26,140 nucleotides of DNA, taken from positions 1 through 26,140 of the IMG/VR virus record IMGVR_UViG_3300022178_000090; one strand, 5' to 3'. A program made the translations under genes and the position numbers. This document shows, one piece after another, positions 24,933 to 26,140 of this stretch. How positions within the stretch are numbered: position 1 is the first letter of the stretch; each line of letters begins with the position of its first letter. The DNA is from a virus (taxonomy: Duplodnaviria > Caudoviricetes). Below the pieces are notes generated by a model. It saw only the letters and a program-made list of their open reading frames with translations, searched no databases and was not told the origin of the DNA.

Positions 24933-24956
24933 TTGTCCTCCTTAAAAAGATAGGCT

Positions 24957-24986
24957 ATTCTATGGTCTTGTAAATTTTTTACGCAA
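24957..24986 (-). promoter_or_regulatory. Leftward early promoter
   Basis: Minus strand TTGCGT (24981-24986), 18 nt, TAGAAT (24957-24962), upstream of the MTase SD. Confidence 0.55.
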
Positions 24987-24987
24987 T

Positions 24988-25001
24988 TAGGGTTATCCCT
25001 A
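24988..25001. promoter_or_regulatory. Operator-like palindrome between divergent units
   Basis: TAGGG-TTAT-CCCTA inverted repeat adjacent to the leftward -35 box. Confidence 0.5.
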
Positions 25002-25026
25002 GTAAAGCGAGTTGTTGTTTTGTGGT

Positions 25027-25055
25027 TAGAATATACCTGTGGCAAACGTAGCCAC
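25027..25055 (+). promoter_or_regulatory. Rightward -10 box and 5' leader hairpin
   Basis: TAGAAT at 25027-25032 with no clear -35. GTGGC-7 nt-GCCAC hairpin (25039-25055) at the expected start site. Confidence 0.4.
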
Positions 25056-25071
25056 TTAAAAGGGAAAAGTT

Positions 25072-25266
25072 ATGGCAAAGAAACTTTACACGTTGAATGA
25101 GCAAGGTCAGGCTTTGCTCAAGACGTTGGTAGACCCATACTCATCGTTCTACATCGATGCGGTTATGGACTTGGAGGAGGCCATTGAGAATGAGGATATC
25201 CCGCATTTTGAGGGCACGATATTCGGTGGTGAGTTGTTTGACGAAATTAAAAGGGAATTCAAATGA
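25072..25266 (+). CDS. Small acidic hypothetical protein (64 aa)
   Basis: First rightward gene, AAGGGA SD, ATGA-coupled to erf. Confidence 0.75.
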   Translation: MAKKLYTLNEQGQALLKTLVDPYSSFYIDAVMDLEEAIENEDIPHFEGTIFGGELFDEIKREFK

Positions 25267-25877
25267 AAAACTTAGCAACGGCCTTGGTCAAGGCACAAAA
25301 GGCTTTTAGCCCAGCGCTGAAGAACAGCACCAACCCGCATTTTAAATCGCGCTACGCAGACCTTGCGACCTGTGTTGAGGCGGTGATGGATGCGCTAAAC
25401 GACAACGGCATCGCCCTTATTCAGAAGTCTTATGACTGCCCAACTGGCGTAATGGTTGAGACTGTATTTATGCACGAAAGCGGCGAGATTTATGAGGCTG
25501 GCATTTTGCAGTTTCCAGCAAGCAAGCAAGACCCCCAAGGATATATGAGCGCCTTGACCTATGCTCGTAGAGGCTCTTTGATGGCGGCGTGTGGTATTGC
25601 TCCAGAAGACGACGACGGCAACGCGGCCTCACGCAAGCCAGCGCAACCAAAGACTACCCCAGTCATCACGCCTAACCAAGGCGCTAGGGAAGAAGTATCA
25701 CCAGATGAGTTGCCTTACTTGGAGGAGTTGGCGGCAGAGGTTACACAGATATGCCTGCAAAGCCCACAGGACGCCCGACAGCGCGTTTTATCTGATGGCT
25801 TGGATGATGGGCAGTATCGAGCCTTGTGGACGTTCCTAGACGCACCTACGCGCCGCAAGTTAAAGGAGGCGAAATGA
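25263..25877 (+). CDS. erf: ERF-family ssDNA annealing protein
   Basis: K...NPHFKS.YADL, H.SGE, Q...SALTYARR..L....GIA.EDDDGN is the ERF signature. Confidence 0.92.
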   Translation: MKNLATALVKAQKAFSPALKNSTNPHFKSRYADLATCVEAVMDALNDNGIALIQKSYDCPTGVMVETVFMHESGEIYEAGILQFPASKQDPQGYMSALTYARRGSLMAACGIAPEDDDGNAASRKPAQPKTTPVITPNQGAREEVSPDELPYLEELAAEVTQICLQSPQDARQRVLSDGLDDGQYRALWTFLDAPTRRKLKEAK

Positions 25878-26140
25878 CCGAGGCACAGGAAAAAGCCGTG
25901 TTCGGTACGTTCTGGAAGTGGCTTGCCAGAAAAGACTCACCAGACACCTCGGTGGCGGCGGCGAAAGCCGTGGACTCCAAGGGTCTGGAAAAGCAGGTCT
26001 ACGACATCATTGCCTGCTTTAAAGGAGACGGGTGCATCCAAGATGACGTACTCAATGAATTGTCTTGGTTGCCCTATTCGAGCGTCACGGCTCGGTTTGC
26101 GGCACTCAAGCGAAAGGGACTTGTACAGCTAACAGGCGAA
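25874..26140 (+). CDS. Winged-HTH-like hypothetical protein, truncated at window end
   Basis: ATG 25874 (ATGA overlap, AAGGAGG SD), open for 89 codons: MTEAQEKAVFGTFWKWLARKDSPDTSVAAAKAV...SSVTARFAALKRKGLVQLTGE. Confidence 0.75.
   Translation, partial: MTEAQEKAVFGTFWKWLARKDSPDTSVAAAKAVDSKGLEKQVYDIIACFKGDGCIQDDVLNELSWLPYSSVTARFAALKRKGLVQLTGE

Noticed and set aside
25923-26132. 69-aa ORF in the track
   Set aside because: Wrong frame; the better-supported gene starts at ATG 25874 with an AAGGAGG SD and runs off the window.

Overview
The whole window is a segment of a tailed dsDNA phage (siphovirus-like, lambdoid-style gene order). No host genes, integrase, tRNA or CRISPR array are visible. From 24932 down to 1, the minus strand carries: a C5 DNA methyltransferase coded in two overlapping frames, small early genes (DUF3310-like), a structured leader RNA in front of a DUF1376/YdaU replication initiator with internal iteron-like repeats, ninB and ninG, a terminator, a ParB-fused amino-methyltransferase, terS/terL, portal, a MuF-type minor head protein with a C-terminal HExxH metallopeptidase domain plus a small acidic partner ORF, scaffold, major capsid, neck and tail genes (with a G/GT -1 frameshift), tape measure, tail tip, tail fibres and small membrane (lysis-like) genes. 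From 25072 a divergent plus-strand unit starts (small acidic ORF, ERF recombinase, wHTH protein). The most notable items are: (1) a candidate virion-delivered MuF toxin/immunity pair; (2) an alpha/beta overlapping-frame methyltransferase whose two ATGs share one Shine-Dalgarno; (3) a three-way-junction RNA whose loop can pair with an adjacent hairpin at the initiator RBS; (4) near-total absence of CCGG and CCNGG. All family assignments come from motif recognition by eye, not database searches. A betaproteobacterial host is only an impression from gene content.
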